This document shows positions 1-12,260 of a stretch of DNA of 64,000 nucleotides, one piece after another. The position numbers and the translations under genes were made by a program. The notes beneath the pieces are model-generated. The model saw nothing but the letters and a program-made list of their open reading frames with translations. It was not told where the DNA came from and searched no databases. Numbering within the stretch: position 1 is the first letter of the stretch; each line of letters opens with the position of its first letter. Where the stretch lies: positions 1 to 64,000 of the forward strand of contig DF237166.1 in the NCBI GenBank assembly GCA_000708835.1. The letters are read 5' to 3'. The stretch is from Klebsormidium nitens (lineage: Eukaryota > Plantae > Klebsormidiophyceae).

Positions 1-1182
1 TGTGGCAGGCCCGCATTCCTTAGGTATCAAGCTCCCGGGAATTCCCATGCTCTGGCCCGGTGGTATGCTCTGGCCCAGGCAGCTGCGGCTTTGGCTGAAA
101 AGAATCTTCAGATTGACGATATAGCATTCAAGGAGCGCTGTTGGCAGTTACCAAGCACCCCGCACATGTCAGCTGCCGGCCCAAAGGGTGCGTCACAGAT
201 TGTGCATGGACCCTCGCCGCGCAAGGTCCTCTACATTCCTGCTGTTTGGTAACCAGATTTTGCGTCCCTGGCCGCATGCGCGAGCTTGTACGAGGATTGC
301 TTTAGCTTGATTTGCTTCAGCTGAAATGCTGAACGCCAAGGAACAATGCAATGGTGGCGTCCAACCGTATCTCTTCTCAGAGCATCTCTGGTGTAATTGT
401 AAGCGCGTTACCACATCTGTACTAGTGCATCAACCTCCCTAAAAAACTTTCCCAAGTGGACTGCTGCCAACCAGGCTATGAGGAAAGTTCTGCATTTGGG
501 ACACCCTCTTGGGGCGCTATGAAAGTTGGTCAGCATTTGCGCCTCAGCATTTGCCCCCATAGAGTTTCAATCTAGAAATTGACAAGAGAAGCCCAATTGG
601 CCCCTCCGCGTCGTGTCCTGATGGCATTCGCTTTAGGAAGTCCAAGAGGATATGCCCCGAGCTTCAGCTCAGCTTATACCAACACACCCTTGAGGCGCAC
701 CGCCAGCTCATCAGCGGGGGCTGGTCCCGGGCCGAGCGATCTCTATGTGTCTCACAACTGCAATGCTGCTACCAGAGGCGGCACCCATGCATGGCCGGGA
801 CAAACATTCTCTTTTGACAAGGGAGTGGGATGGGTCCAATCAACTTTGCTGGCTTTGGGTTCCTCTGGGAAGGGAACTGGAGACCGGCGGGGGCACGCGA
901 GGGGGGTCTGGCTGAGGCCTTGCGGAAGAGCCACCATTCCGGTGCGTGCTGCGTTTGAAAGGGTAGGTGGGCTGCGTTCTCAAACACCAAATTTGCTCAT
1001 GCACTCATCTGATTTGACCCTGAATGATGCTCTGGCATCGCATAGAACCAATTTAGGCTATTGGGTTTTCCCCAAGACAGTACCGGAAGTGGTTTGGGGG
1101 GGTTCCTAAGCTGCTTGATAATGTGTGGATGATCCAAGTCTGAGTTGATTTTTGGAAGATAATATAACCTGGGCTTCCACAT
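1..1182 (-). mobile_element. Possible degraded Penelope-like element reverse transcriptase remnant
   Basis: Minus-strand 997-1182 reads KPRLYYLPKIN...PPKPLPVLSWGKP, resembling the PLE RT motif xYxLPKIHK...PxRPIvS. Further downstream are weak fragments (KLS*SSGHILLDFLKRMP; TDVVT; GQSMGIP) with stops and frameshifts. Motif recall only, no search run. Confidence 0.33.
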
Positions 1183-1425
1183 ATCACGTCAATGACCGGG
1201 GGAAAAGGTTCGTGATTAGATATGCTGCAGCTTGTCTGTCTGCACGCCCATCCCTCCGAAAGAACACACTGGTGCTTGAGTCCTTTCAGAAGAACACAGG
1301 TGACAAAATTTGAGCTTACTGGGCCCAATGAGTTCTTGACAGCAAACTTGAGAAGAACTAGGTCCACAAAACGCCGTCAACATAGATCCCTCCCCTTACC
1401 AGACTGTGTCTGTGCATGGTCTGCA

Positions 1426-4400
1426 GGAAAACGAGCGGAGCGGCGGCTCTTATTCCGAAAGCGTCGTGGGCAAGAAATCCTCCAAAAGCCAAGCTACACA
1501 CGCAGAGGAATTCTCTCACACCAAGGAAAGCAGGAGTGACTCGGACGCGGAACACGCCTTGTCCTCAGAGGTGCTGCCCCCTCTAGTTCCATCCGTTGCA
1601 TTGTTGACGACCCACGAAGCGAAATGTGGAGCTGGACCTGTGGAAGCAGACTCGGCGGACGAGCAGCCCTCCAACGACGAGGCCCGTCAAAGGAGCGAGA
1701 GTCAACTTCTTGGAAGAAACGATTCAACGGAGGAGTTCTTGACGGCCGGGCGAGAGAAGCCCACGGTCAAAAGCAAAGCACCCCGGTCGGAGGAGGGGAC
1801 TGATGCATCAGGGTTCCGGGGTGGTCCGCTTGAAAGCTGGGCGGAACCGGACACGGGTACGTCTGCAGAACTTACTACAGGCGAGAGCAGTTTACTAGAG
1901 CGGGGTGAATCTTTTCCGGAGGCCGGGGAAAGCCAGGGCACGGCGGCCGCAGAGGAACGGATGGGCGGTCATCCCGGGCTCCATCCGTCGGTTTCTGCCG
2001 CGAGTGACGCGGAAAGGGAACCCGAAAGCTTTGGGAAAGGGTTGAGAGTGGTAGCGATTGACGAAGTGAGCTCAGAAACGAGTGAGGGAGGGGGGATGAC
2101 AGTCGCTCCGGGCAAGGGGAGAAGCGATTCAGCGGAAGGGGGCAGAGACAGAGCGGGAAGCGGAATGAGGACAAACGGAAATGAGGAAGCGCTAGAGGGC
2201 GCAGAGAGTCTGCAGAATGTCGACTCCGGTGAAAGTTCAGCAACGGAACCGGAGCGGATGCGGGGACTTGTTGCAGACGACGGCGAGCAAACGAAACATG
2301 GCACGGAAGAAGGAAGTGAGGGGAGGATCGTTCCAGAACCGTGGAGCGGAGCAGAAACACCAGGGATGGTGCCCGGAACGGCCGGAACGGAGACAGCTGG
2401 CGAGCAGACGGCACCCAGCACGGAGTCGGCTAACAAGAGCGGTGAGAGCGACGACTTGTTTCCTTCTTAGCTTTCGCTGTTCATTCGGATCTGTTCAAGA
2501 TCTTAGAAGAAGAGCCTGATGAGTAGGGTTTAAAAGTTGAACTGTAGCAATCAGTTCCGTGTGGTGTTAATTTGTACGGGTTGTGAGCCCTTGGACGGAG
2601 CTCAGGACAGACTACGGATCGAGCTTTGGCTCGTTCAACGATTATTGGTATGGACTGCATGAGAGATGACTGTGAAGTTGCGGAAAACTGTCATACAGTG
2701 GAATCTGGTTTTCTATACAGTAGGTCAAAAGCTGTTTCCACAAACCAAGTTAGCGATGACTTTAGGGTCAGCGAGCCAGTCACACTCCTTTGAATAAGTG
2801 GATGCATCATCTCAGATTTTAAGAGGTCGTTGATAACCGTCAACCAGCCCAGCTAGCAACTTCTGATCTATCTCCCCGGCTTGCAGGTTTCGATACTCAA
2901 GCCCCAGACCAGACCATTCCTGCGGACGTCCAAGACTGGATCGATTCGGACGTCGTTTTCAGCCCCTACCGCGCTGCGCCCCTTCCCGACCTCTCCCACT
3001 CGTACGAGGCCTTCTGCAAGGAGCGCGGAATGGTGCCACGTGGCGGCAAGCGACCGGAGAAGATCGTCTCGAGAGCGCTGCTGACGTCATCTCCGGACGT
3101 ACGGAAGTCGTACATGGGCGGGCCGCGGGCTGGGTACCGGGGCGTCCGAATTAGGGACCGCCCATTAAGTGCGGGAGCCAAAAAAGGGGGGAGTATAAGC
3201 GATGATCTGGACACGTGGGCACGTGCCTGCCTGGAAGTGTGCCCGGGGCACGTAACGCCCGTGAGCGGGGCAGGCAGCTTGTTACAGTCATACGAGAGGT
3301 TCTTCGGGGGAGACGGCGCGAAGGAGCTCTTCAAGCTGAACGTTTTCGGGAGCACCTTGGAGAGGACGCTGACGTCACTCGATGCGTCAGTGGTGGAGAA
3401 GACGCGCATTCCGGGGCACTCGGTGCTGGAGGGAGTCGGGCTGAAACGGAACGGATCCGGCGGAAGGGAGGGGCCTGGCGGAACGCCTCCGCCAACGAAG
3501 GACGCGAAAGAACCTGTGTCGAAGCGGGCTAGACATGTGGAGACGGGGGAAGGGAACGACGAGACGAAAAGGGGGTCAGACAGTAATGTTCGCCCAGATC
3601 CGAGGTGCTCCAACAAGCTCTACAAGTTCTTTGAGAAAGCTGGGCAAAAGAGGAGCGTTAAAGACGCCGGGCATAATCGGGATAAGAGGGGCGCGGATTC
3701 CGGCAGTCAGTTGGCGGAACGCCGGACCCGCGAAGCTGACAACGGGGAGCTGGGTCTGGAAAGAATCGGTGAACTATTTTCTTCGGCGAGGCGATATGTG
3801 GATACAATCGGAGAAGCAATTGACGAGGCTAGAGACGCCAGAACGGGTCGCAGAGCCGAGGTCCCGTCCGCAGGAGCTAGGGGGGTGAGCGGAGCAGTCT
3901 CCTTCGAGGAACTGGTCGGTAAGCTGACGTCAGTCGGCGACCGCGCCACGTCACGCGCGGTGGAGGCGTACAACGATGCGGTGCTACAGGCGGACGCGGG
4001 CGCGGCCGCGCTGCGCGCCGCGACGTCCGCGTTCGCGGCCGCGGCTTCGGCTGTCCATGCGGACGTCCAAGATTTGGAGGACAAGAAGAGGGATCTGAAC
4101 GCGGACCGCGAGGCGTACGCGGGAAGCGTGAGAGCGCTTATGAACACCCGAAAGATGCTCGGAGATCTGGTTTTGCAGGATGCGGCGGGAAATGCGGGAA
4201 AAGGGGCCGGGGCAAGCGACCGGGGAACACGTGGACGGCGGTCCGGAGAAACGGAAGCTGTGGAGAGAGGGAGAGAGAATCATGCCGGTAGTGAAAGCGA
4301 CGGTATGGGAGCGGAAGCGGAAAGGAAGGCAGAGGGGAGTAAAGAGGCCAGTGCGGCGGAAGGAGAGGGCGACACGTGGCACAAGCAGAGTGACACAGAT

Positions 4401-5495
4401 GTGGAAGTTCCGGCGGCGGAAAGTGAAGCCGTGGCGGAAGCTTTGCGGGTGGCGGCGGAAGCGCCGTTCGTGGTGCGCGCGGCGGAGATCGCCGTCGCGG
4501 CCGCGAATGTGGAGGGTTTGGGGGGTTTGGATGCAAAACAGTCAGGCAGGGAGTCCAAGAAGCGAGTGGCTACGAATCGCGAAGCTCAGAGCCAAAAGGT
4601 AGATGGAAGCGTCCAGGAGATGCAAACGGAAGGGACAGCAAGGAATTCTGGTAATGCATCGGGAGGCTCAGAGAGCGACACCAACAGCAGGCGGAGCAGA
4701 AAAAGGAACCCGTCTTTCGAATTTTCTGAGAAGCGAGATTTGGCGAGCGCAAGCGGTTTTCACCGTCCGGGAGGCGTGGGACGCGATGCACAGGGTTCAA
4801 CGGAGCGGCTCAAAAAGGAGGGGAGGGGAGCGGAACTGGAGCCGGAACCGGAAGCAGAGCGTGACACCGGAAAAGGAGAGCGGAATCTGTTGTGGGCTGC
4901 TGTCGAGATGGCGCGGGAGGACTCCGAAGAGGGGCTAGAGGATTTTGGAGCTGCGGTTCGGCAGGGGTTAAGGGCGGCTTTAAGCGCCGACACAATCCTC
5001 CGTGTTATGGAGAAGATTCAACGCGTTCTGGAGGTGAAACCTGGGGAGGGGGAATCGGGACGTGGAGAGAAGGGGTTACAGGAAACAGGCGGCGAGACCC
5101 ACAAACGGCAGTTTCGTTTGGAGGACGATAGGACCATGCTGACGCGAGCAAATGCGTCAGCGGAGTTCAAAGGCCCGGATCTGAAGCAGAAGACGGAGGA
5201 GAGTGACGAGTGGAAGGAGGGACCGGATTCCGGTGAGAGTTTCGATCGGCTCGTTGACAAGAGGGTCAAAGGCCTGGACCCATTGTGGGTCGAAGCCGCG
5301 GCCGCGGCCGCGGCGCGGGCGGCGCGCGAGGAGGCGGCGCGGGTGGCGCGCGCGGAAGCGCTCGCGGACTGGCTGGGGGAGCCAAGGGAGAGGACTGTAA
5401 CCGGAATGGCGGGGGCGGAAAACTTTGACACCCGGAACGGAACGGGGCATCAGCTGGGGGACCGGCGCAGAGAGCGGACTAGTAGCGGTGGATAA
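1426..5495 (+). CDS. Large low-complexity/coiled-coil protein with an RFX/D5-C-terminal-like winged-helix domain; 5' end not resolved. Exons 1426-2440 and 2887-5495
   Basis: Acceptor ctgcag|GAAAAC at 1426. Donor AGCG|gtgaga at 2440 (phase 1) joins in frame to acceptor ttgcag|GTTTC at 2887, which is open to the stop at 5495. The second exon starts FDTQAPDQTIPADVQDWIDSDVVFSPYRAAPLPDLSHSYEAFCKERGMVPRGGKRPEKIVSRALLTSSPDVRKSYMGGPRAGYRGVRIR. The rest is E/G/A/R-rich. Confidence 0.7.
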
Positions 5496-8281
5496 ACAGG
5501 TAAGGGAGTCCGGAAGGCATGGATCACGGCGGTTTGCTTTCTGAAAGCCTGCAGTCCCAGAACTCGGACTGGATACAATGCAATGACATTTAGGCCCGTA
5601 TTACTTTCCTTGGAAGCTCTTATTTTTGTAGGAAGTTCAGGCCTCCCTTACCTTCCCTGGAAACTCGTATTTTTGCGGCCTTTTGAAACTAATGGAAGAC
5701 GAAGACGTGCACGTCTGGATTACTGGCACTGTAAAGAAATCGGATTTTTTGCGATAGCTTGCACGATTGGGCTGCTTTTAGCCTCAGCCAATTCCTTTTG
5801 AGCTTGTCGCAAGGTCGATTACCAGCCCAGTCAGACAAACTTTCGGAGCTTGGCGGTTGTTTCATTGGGTACTGAGTTGACAGATTTGGCACTTGTGACC
5901 GCTTGAGCTGCTGAGAATTACCGCGACTGACGCCCCTTCACTTTCGTCCGATGGATTGGTTAAAGCGCAAGTTGCGTCTGATGCAACCGTTGGTAGGTCC
6001 TTGGCGCGTTGACCAAACGATGAGAACTGTTCTGAGCAAGCCAGCAATTTCTTATTGCTAATACAACGGTGGGCGCCCCGCTTCTGTTTGTGCAATTGTA
6101 TGTTTTTGTCTTTTCGGCTGAAACGGGGACGTATTACGTGACAGGACGTTTGACTGATTGTCGCTGTGCTCCGAGGCGGACAGTCAGGACAAAGTTCTCC
6201 TCGTTCTAGTTTCCAACCCTCCAAAATTGGTTCTTAAGTTGCTCAATATCCCCGAAGTATCTGGAGGCTTTTCATCAATTTGAAACACTGAATACGCACG
6301 GAAAAGCGAGTCGCTTTCTCTGCAGGACGTTCATGAAGTCAGACCTGCTCCTTTGGTTCAGAAGTTAGAGGGGCGTAAAACCTGGATAAAGCAGGGAATA
6401 TAATCATCTGCGCCAAAAGCGCGGATTTGACGCCTTTTCTGGCTAGCTCGATGTCTCTGGTCATAGAAGCGGGCTGGCAGTCAGCAAATGCTTGTCCCCT
6501 TTCGCGACTGAAAGATTGAAGGCAATGAGATAAAGTTAGGATGCTGGTGGTACTTCTAGAAAGCTACGACGTGTGTTTGTACAGCGAGAGAATAGTGAGG
6601 CGCGAGCTGAAACAGAGTCGGCCACATGACTTGAGATGTACAGTACGTCGAGGTCCGGTTCTCAAGAACAGAGGGTCTGTAGCTCGAGGCAGGGGTCCAT
6701 GAAGGGCCGGAGGGGTTGACGTCGACTGGCAATTGTATCTAGGATCGGGTTAGTGCACCCTTCTGCACCTGTATATCAAGCGGCAAAAAGCCGCATCATT
6801 CACGGTCGAATTCTCGCAATTCAAGCCTAACTTGTCAATCATTGTCCGACCAACCCTCGATCAGCGCGCTGTATGGACTCCTTTGCAAAGAACTCACTTT
6901 TCGTGCATATATGATTGCCAACTACCTAGTGACCCGTCACTATCTAGTCTCACGTCACACGAGTGCCAATGCATGCACTGTAGATTCATGTGCACTGCCG
7001 TAACCGATAGTTGCGGATCGTGGCCTGCCAGCAATCGGATCGGATGGATCCGACGCGGCACTGATCGCAGACTGATCGGAGTGTAGCTGCAACCGCGCCG
7101 GCGTCCGCGTTCAATTGCCGGCCGGCTGGCCTCAGTGCTAGCCTCATGGATGCAGGGCCGGTTGCCAATCTGTCGAAAGTATGCCTAGCGGTGCCACAGA
7201 GTCCTGGCAACGCATACTGCTCTGAGCACATGCTTGACCGTGCACCCTTCGGCTTCTCGAAAGCACCATCAGGTCATGCAGTTGGACACTGCGAGCTTGT
7301 TGCACGATATGAGATTAATCTACGAGCTCCTATTCGTGCTCAGTCTAGCCTAGGGGTGTTGGTACTTTTGGGGGACTGCCTGTACTGTAAGGTAGAGTCA
7401 CCGCCCATTGGGACTTCGCACCGTTCTAGAATTAACCTGCATGTTTCGGCCTATGCAATGATCTATGAGGCGTGCGACGCACTGGTGATACCAGCTTTAC
7501 TTTGGTAACTGTACATCAATCAGGTCAACATGATTGTTTCCTACTGTGGTATTGGCCCTAGCTGGCATCAGCGCGGGACTGACTTCCGGTTGATGAAGTC
7601 CGAAAGAGAGAACGGGGGCACGTGTTCCTGCAGGAAGGGGCTTCGAGGTTCGCTTTAGCTTTAAGTTGATACTCTTCCAGAATAAGATGTAGCCAAAAGA
7701 CACTTCTAGAGTCTTGTTGGGCCCCAATTGCTTTCCAAAGAAATCTGATACAACCCATGATCTTAGTAGGTCATCTCCGCAGAAAGCTTTGAGAGAGTTC
7801 CCCTCTGGTGGTGGCGGTTCCAGGGCGTGGCACTTCGACATCGAGGCGAACAGCCGTGCTTGTTATTCCCTATGCAAAGGCAAGAGCAAGAACCGCCCAG
7901 TACCAAGCGTTACAGATGACGATTTAAAATTGTTTTGAGGTCGTTCTCATCCTCTAGCTTTTGGGTCTAAGACCATTCGGTCTCGTAGACAGGAATACGG
8001 TCCTTCGAAAACCCGATGTTGCATTTGACAACCTCAGATGAGAGCTTTAGCCGGCCCTTCAAGGGCTAGGGAATGTACTAATGCTGAAAGCAGGGAGAAT
8101 AGAGAACGCGGACTCTCTACCTGTCTTCAAGAGTACCGTTCTCAGCCACAACCAGTTCAGGTTGATTCGAGCTCCTCAGTAGACCGTCGAGTCGTGGTTA
8201 TAGCAGAAGCTTCCAAACAAATTGACCGGAAGTCCGTCTTCTTTATCAAAACCAATTTGACGGGAGCAACGGGGAACTCAC

Positions 8282-11200
8282 CCGCACTCTCTCTTGGTGC
8301 ATGACCTTTCGCACGACGACCGCCTGCCGTATGAGCTTCTCGACCGACGCCTGGGCCGGCATGTGCCAGTGCGCTGCAAATCAGGGAATCAACGTTACGT
8401 TCAATAGCGTATGGGTTCATTAACGCCCGGGTTTTGGCGTACCGGTATAAGCTTCTCGACCGACGCTTGGGCGGGCATGTGTCAGTGCGCTGCAAACCAT
8501 GAGATTAACAGGCTTACTAGCTTCCATCCAAAGCGTATGAGCTTATTGACGTCCGAAAGCTTATTGACGTCCGATCAACAACGTATGAGCTACTCGACCG
8601 ACGCTTGGGCGGGCATGTACCAGCGCTGCAAGTCCGATAATCAACGTTACGTTCAGCACCGTATGAGATCATCAACGCCCGCATATTAGTCTGAGCTTCT
8701 CGACAGACGCCTGGGTCGGCACGTGCCAGTGCGCTGCAATCCAGGGAATCAACGTTACGTCCAATAGCGTATGAGTTCATCAATGCCCGCTTATTGCCGT
8801 ATGAGCTGCTCGTCTGACACCTGGGAGGGCATGGGCCAGTGCGCTGCAAACCAGCGAGTCCACGTCACGCTGTCAACGTCCGATCGAAAGCGTAAGGGTG
8901 CCTCTGTGCAAAGGGCTCCCCTTGTCAGCCCAGCTACGTTTCCCGCTTGCCGTGTTTGTTGTCAGCAAGGAGTAAAAAGGAACCAGCAACTGACACGGAC
9001 AGATCTTGAGCGACGTTACCATGTGATTGTTTCTGAGCCACATCTCGACAACCTGGACTCCGTTCGAGGTCAGAATCTTGCATTCGCACCGCTTTTCAAC
9101 ACCTCTGACAAGGCCTTCTTACTTAAACGAAGCGTTCTCCGCAATTTGCAGGACGACCCTGGTCATGAAAAGCATGGCTGGTGCAAGGGGGTCCAGACCA
9201 AGGCTACATTGTGGGCGGTCGAACGTCGAGACGAACCCCGTCGTAGAAGCCCAGACGACAGATAGAATCTCACAAATTTGTTTGCACTGGGACTGGAAGT
9301 GGGTTGTTAGAGCAATCGAAGCCCTCACTTCGAGCGCCAATCCTCCACGCGGGAAGTAACGCACCGACTTTCAGGAACTAGCGTTCTGAGATTGAAAACA
9401 CAGGGTCTGAGGGCTACGCGTTTGGATTTAGGTTTGAAGGCCTCACCCAAAAGAGCGCCGTTGAGCAGCTCTGCCACCCGTTCCCGGTACACGTCTTCGA
9501 GCAGGTCAAACATGGGCGACTTTTCAGGTTCCTCGTACGCTAATAGCGCCATGCAGTCCTGCGATCAAAAGAACAAATTGTCAAGGTCCAAGTCCTTTGT
9601 AAGAGTGAGCAAGGGAGCTGCTACGATCAGCCGCCAAGTCCTTGCGATCGACAGGGTGCCAAAATTCCAAGCGCCTCCACCCGCGTCGAGGTAGGGATCT
9701 TATTTAGTTCCAAGCCTGAAAGGTGAACCGGGCTACATTTCGGAATGTCTCTTCGAAGCGGGTTGCAAAGGAGGTATATGCGGAGTGCTAGCTCGCCAGC
9801 TCGCGCGTCAACTCGGTGCAAAGTATATTAGTAACGACTCCACCACGAGTTCCGAGGCTCCCTCATCAGACTTGCGGTGTTTGCGCGACAAGCCTGTGAT
9901 TCGTCAGTCAAATTCACCAGAACTGTACAATTTGTTGCGGGGTAAGAAAACAGGACTACGCCTCTGACCATCAACATTCTCATTGCAGAAAGTGACCACC
10001 GCACTTTCGTTCAAAGACAAGACAAGACAAGACGACTCGGATTGACGTTCTGTAAGTCCCAAGTCTATCCTAGTATCTTGTTGCCGCAACTAAGTCAGCC
10101 TACCTGCAGTCGCTCCACAAACCGCTCCTGCTTCCCAAACGGCTTCAGCTGCTCTCGAGCGAAGTGTAGGGCTCCCAAGCTGCGAGTCCAAATTTTGGGT
10201 GGATTGCAGGCAGCATTTCAACATTGAGCAGTTCAGAGGTTTGTTGCCTTCCCTTAAGTAAGTCTTCTGAGGATCGGTGGATGGAGAAGTAGGCCACAAG
10301 TTGAGAAGTACGAGCAGCTTGGATCAAGGTTGTCCAAGCGTAGTGACGACACTGACTTAAGGGGAAAGTGCCGTCTTCTCGCTTGGAAGATGCAGCCGGT
10401 TTGATGGTCTACGTCCACTTGTAAGACGAAACTCCAGTCCTTATTCAAGTTTTTGGCCGACCTGATCGTTGCAAAGCAATGATTGACTGCGAAGCTAGAT
10501 TATGATGAAGGAATCAGGACATCAAACTGTGATTCCCCAGCCTTGTGGTCGAAGAAAGCAAACAAAAAAATTTATGTTTCAGTGGCCCGTAACCAGCTTG
10601 TAGCATAATAGTGCAGACGGCTTGAATTTTAAAAAAAGTCAAGCAGGCCAAATTAGAGAATCCGGCAGATCCATGATCAGGTCCAGATGTTTGTCTGTCA
10701 TGTGACAGGGCATACTCAGTGCAAACCGTATGGAAGTGGGTAATTCAAAGTATTGCAGTCAGTGCGCCAGTAGACACAAGATCCTTTCAAAGATCCACTA
10801 CGCAGTTCAGGCAAAAGACTCCCAGTCCTAGCACAGAAGCTTTAGGTAGAGAACCCGATCAAACAAAAGCTTTCAAAAAGCAAGGACTTGAATCAAATTC
10901 GTCTGCAGTATGTCCTTAGTCACAAAATCAGCTTGCTCCAAAATCAGAATAACGTCAGAAACACAAGCGGATTTTGCTACCCAAGGATGTTCACAAAGTG
11001 GTGTGGCCTCAGGAATTTGATACAGCTTCTCATCCGAGGTGTTATATATCTGAGTCTTGGACACAATTGCCTTGAGGTTGCGAAGCAGCATCCTACAGAA
11101 CAAATGCTCCTTCAGTTGAACAAATGCACCCATACCTGTCTTTTGCTGACACAAGCCCAATGAAGTGGAGCGCCAAGAGCTCAAAGTAGACGTCGGTGTT

Positions 11201-12260
11201 TTCTGAGAGCACGTGCGCCGCCACCTTATTGGTCAACTCGATCGCTTTCAAGACGTCCCCCCGAAGGACGTGTTCGCAAATTGCTGTGGAGAGAAGGTGT
11301 CATTTGAGGCGATGATTCTCAACAACATCCCATGATCAGCACAAAAGGTTACAACAAACAAAACCGATTCTGCTCACAAACCTGTCAGACGCTCCTGTTA
11401 CATCGCTTACTGAGGAACAAGGGTGGTGAGTACTCCAAGTGCCACCTACTCCTTGCAAGCAGAACGTGGAGCAACATATTGCCAGCGATAGGCAACAGAT
11501 AACCTTGCAGTAGTGAAAATGCCAGCACTTTGCTTGACCCGTTTCCTAGACGATTACTGCTAGATCTTGGCAAGCTTTCATCAAGAAGCACCTGATGCAT
11601 CCATGACCAATCCTGCCTGACTAACGCAGCCTTGGAGTAAGTCAGAAGCACTCTGCATTTGACAATTGACTGCCTCACGTTTTCTTGTCTCCATGTCCAG
11701 AATCCGATCTTCGATATCTGGAAGCCCCGCGTCTGACACCAACGTCTGGGCCGTCTCCTTGCAGCACGTGTGCACCAAGTAATCCACCACTATCTCCCTC
11801 ACCTCAGCGTCGTCTATGTCCTGGAACGAAAAAGATGGAGCACACAGCTTTGAGGGATTGCACAACTCATGTAGGGCGCACTGATCAATGTCGGCACACC
11901 TGCGCAGGCGATCTCTGCTTTGATCAATCAACCTCCAGCAAACATCTGCTGAAAGATTACGAAGGGCTTCCAACAATTGGGATCCGTGTAAGAGCAATTT
12001 TCACCAACAGAATGCTGCACACGAACAGTCGAACGTCCACTAGCTTGACCCCAGATTCCTTCAACCAAGAGGATGGAGTACCAATTGTCTCTCAATATTT
12101 TCTTGACTCGGACTTCACGCTTGAGTGGTGCACTGATCAAGCAAGTGGCCCTGGCCTATGGGCAATCAAGCTTGGACAAAAGCTGAGCATTGTATCACCA
12201 TGCGCTCTGCTTTGTTGTTCAACTTACCTCATCTTCATACAGGTTTACGATAGGCTCCAT
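8282..12260 (-). CDS. LisH-CTLH-CRA domain protein (GID8/TWA1/RanBPM-like, At1g06060-like; CTLH E3 ligase complex subunit); last short exon not located
   Basis: Exons: 12260-12228 (MEPIVNLYEDE); 11820-11679 (DIDDAEVREIVVDYLVHTCCKETA, LisH); 11283-11136 (ICEHVLRGDVLKAIELT...FELLALHFI, CTLH); ~10170-10095 (ALHFAREQLKPFGKQERFVERLQ); 9558-9447 (DCMALLAYEEPEKSPMFDLLEDVYRERVAELLNGALL, CRA); 8373-8282 (AHWHMPAQASVEKLIRQAVVVRKVMHQER). All GT-AG with consistent phases. Confidence 0.9.
8328..8860 (-). repeat. Tandem array of 5 copies (108-136 bp period) of the 3' splice site plus first ~50 nt of the 8373-8282 exon
   Basis: The motif ttgcag|CGC(AC)TGG...CCCAxGCGTCxGTCGAGAAGCTCATAC occurs with exon-like starts at 8843, 8733, 8625, 8489 and 8373. 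Only the 8373 copy stays open and reaches a donor. Confidence 0.9.

Noticed and set aside
1085-1140. DHPHIIK resembling the protein kinase HPNIIK motif
   Set aside because: No other kinase motifs (DFG, HRD, APE) nearby; the context fits an RT-like fragment better, if anything.
1875-5431. Many long minus-strand ORFs opposite gene 1, and similar overlaps at 14997-16830, 20538-21337 and 42597-43060
   Set aside because: Antisense shadows of GC-rich, low-complexity coding exons; no independent domain signal.
7497-7860. Candidate last exon of the GID8-like gene (PPPPEGNSLKAF frame)
   Set aside because: The nearest acceptor does not put this frame in phase with the 8282 donor; the C-terminal exon is left unassigned.
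8328-8860. Regularly spaced repeats that could be taken for a CRISPR array
   Set aside because: Units are 108-136 bp, the spacers are homologous to each other, the context is a eukaryotic intron, and the repeat is explained as a splice-junction duplication.
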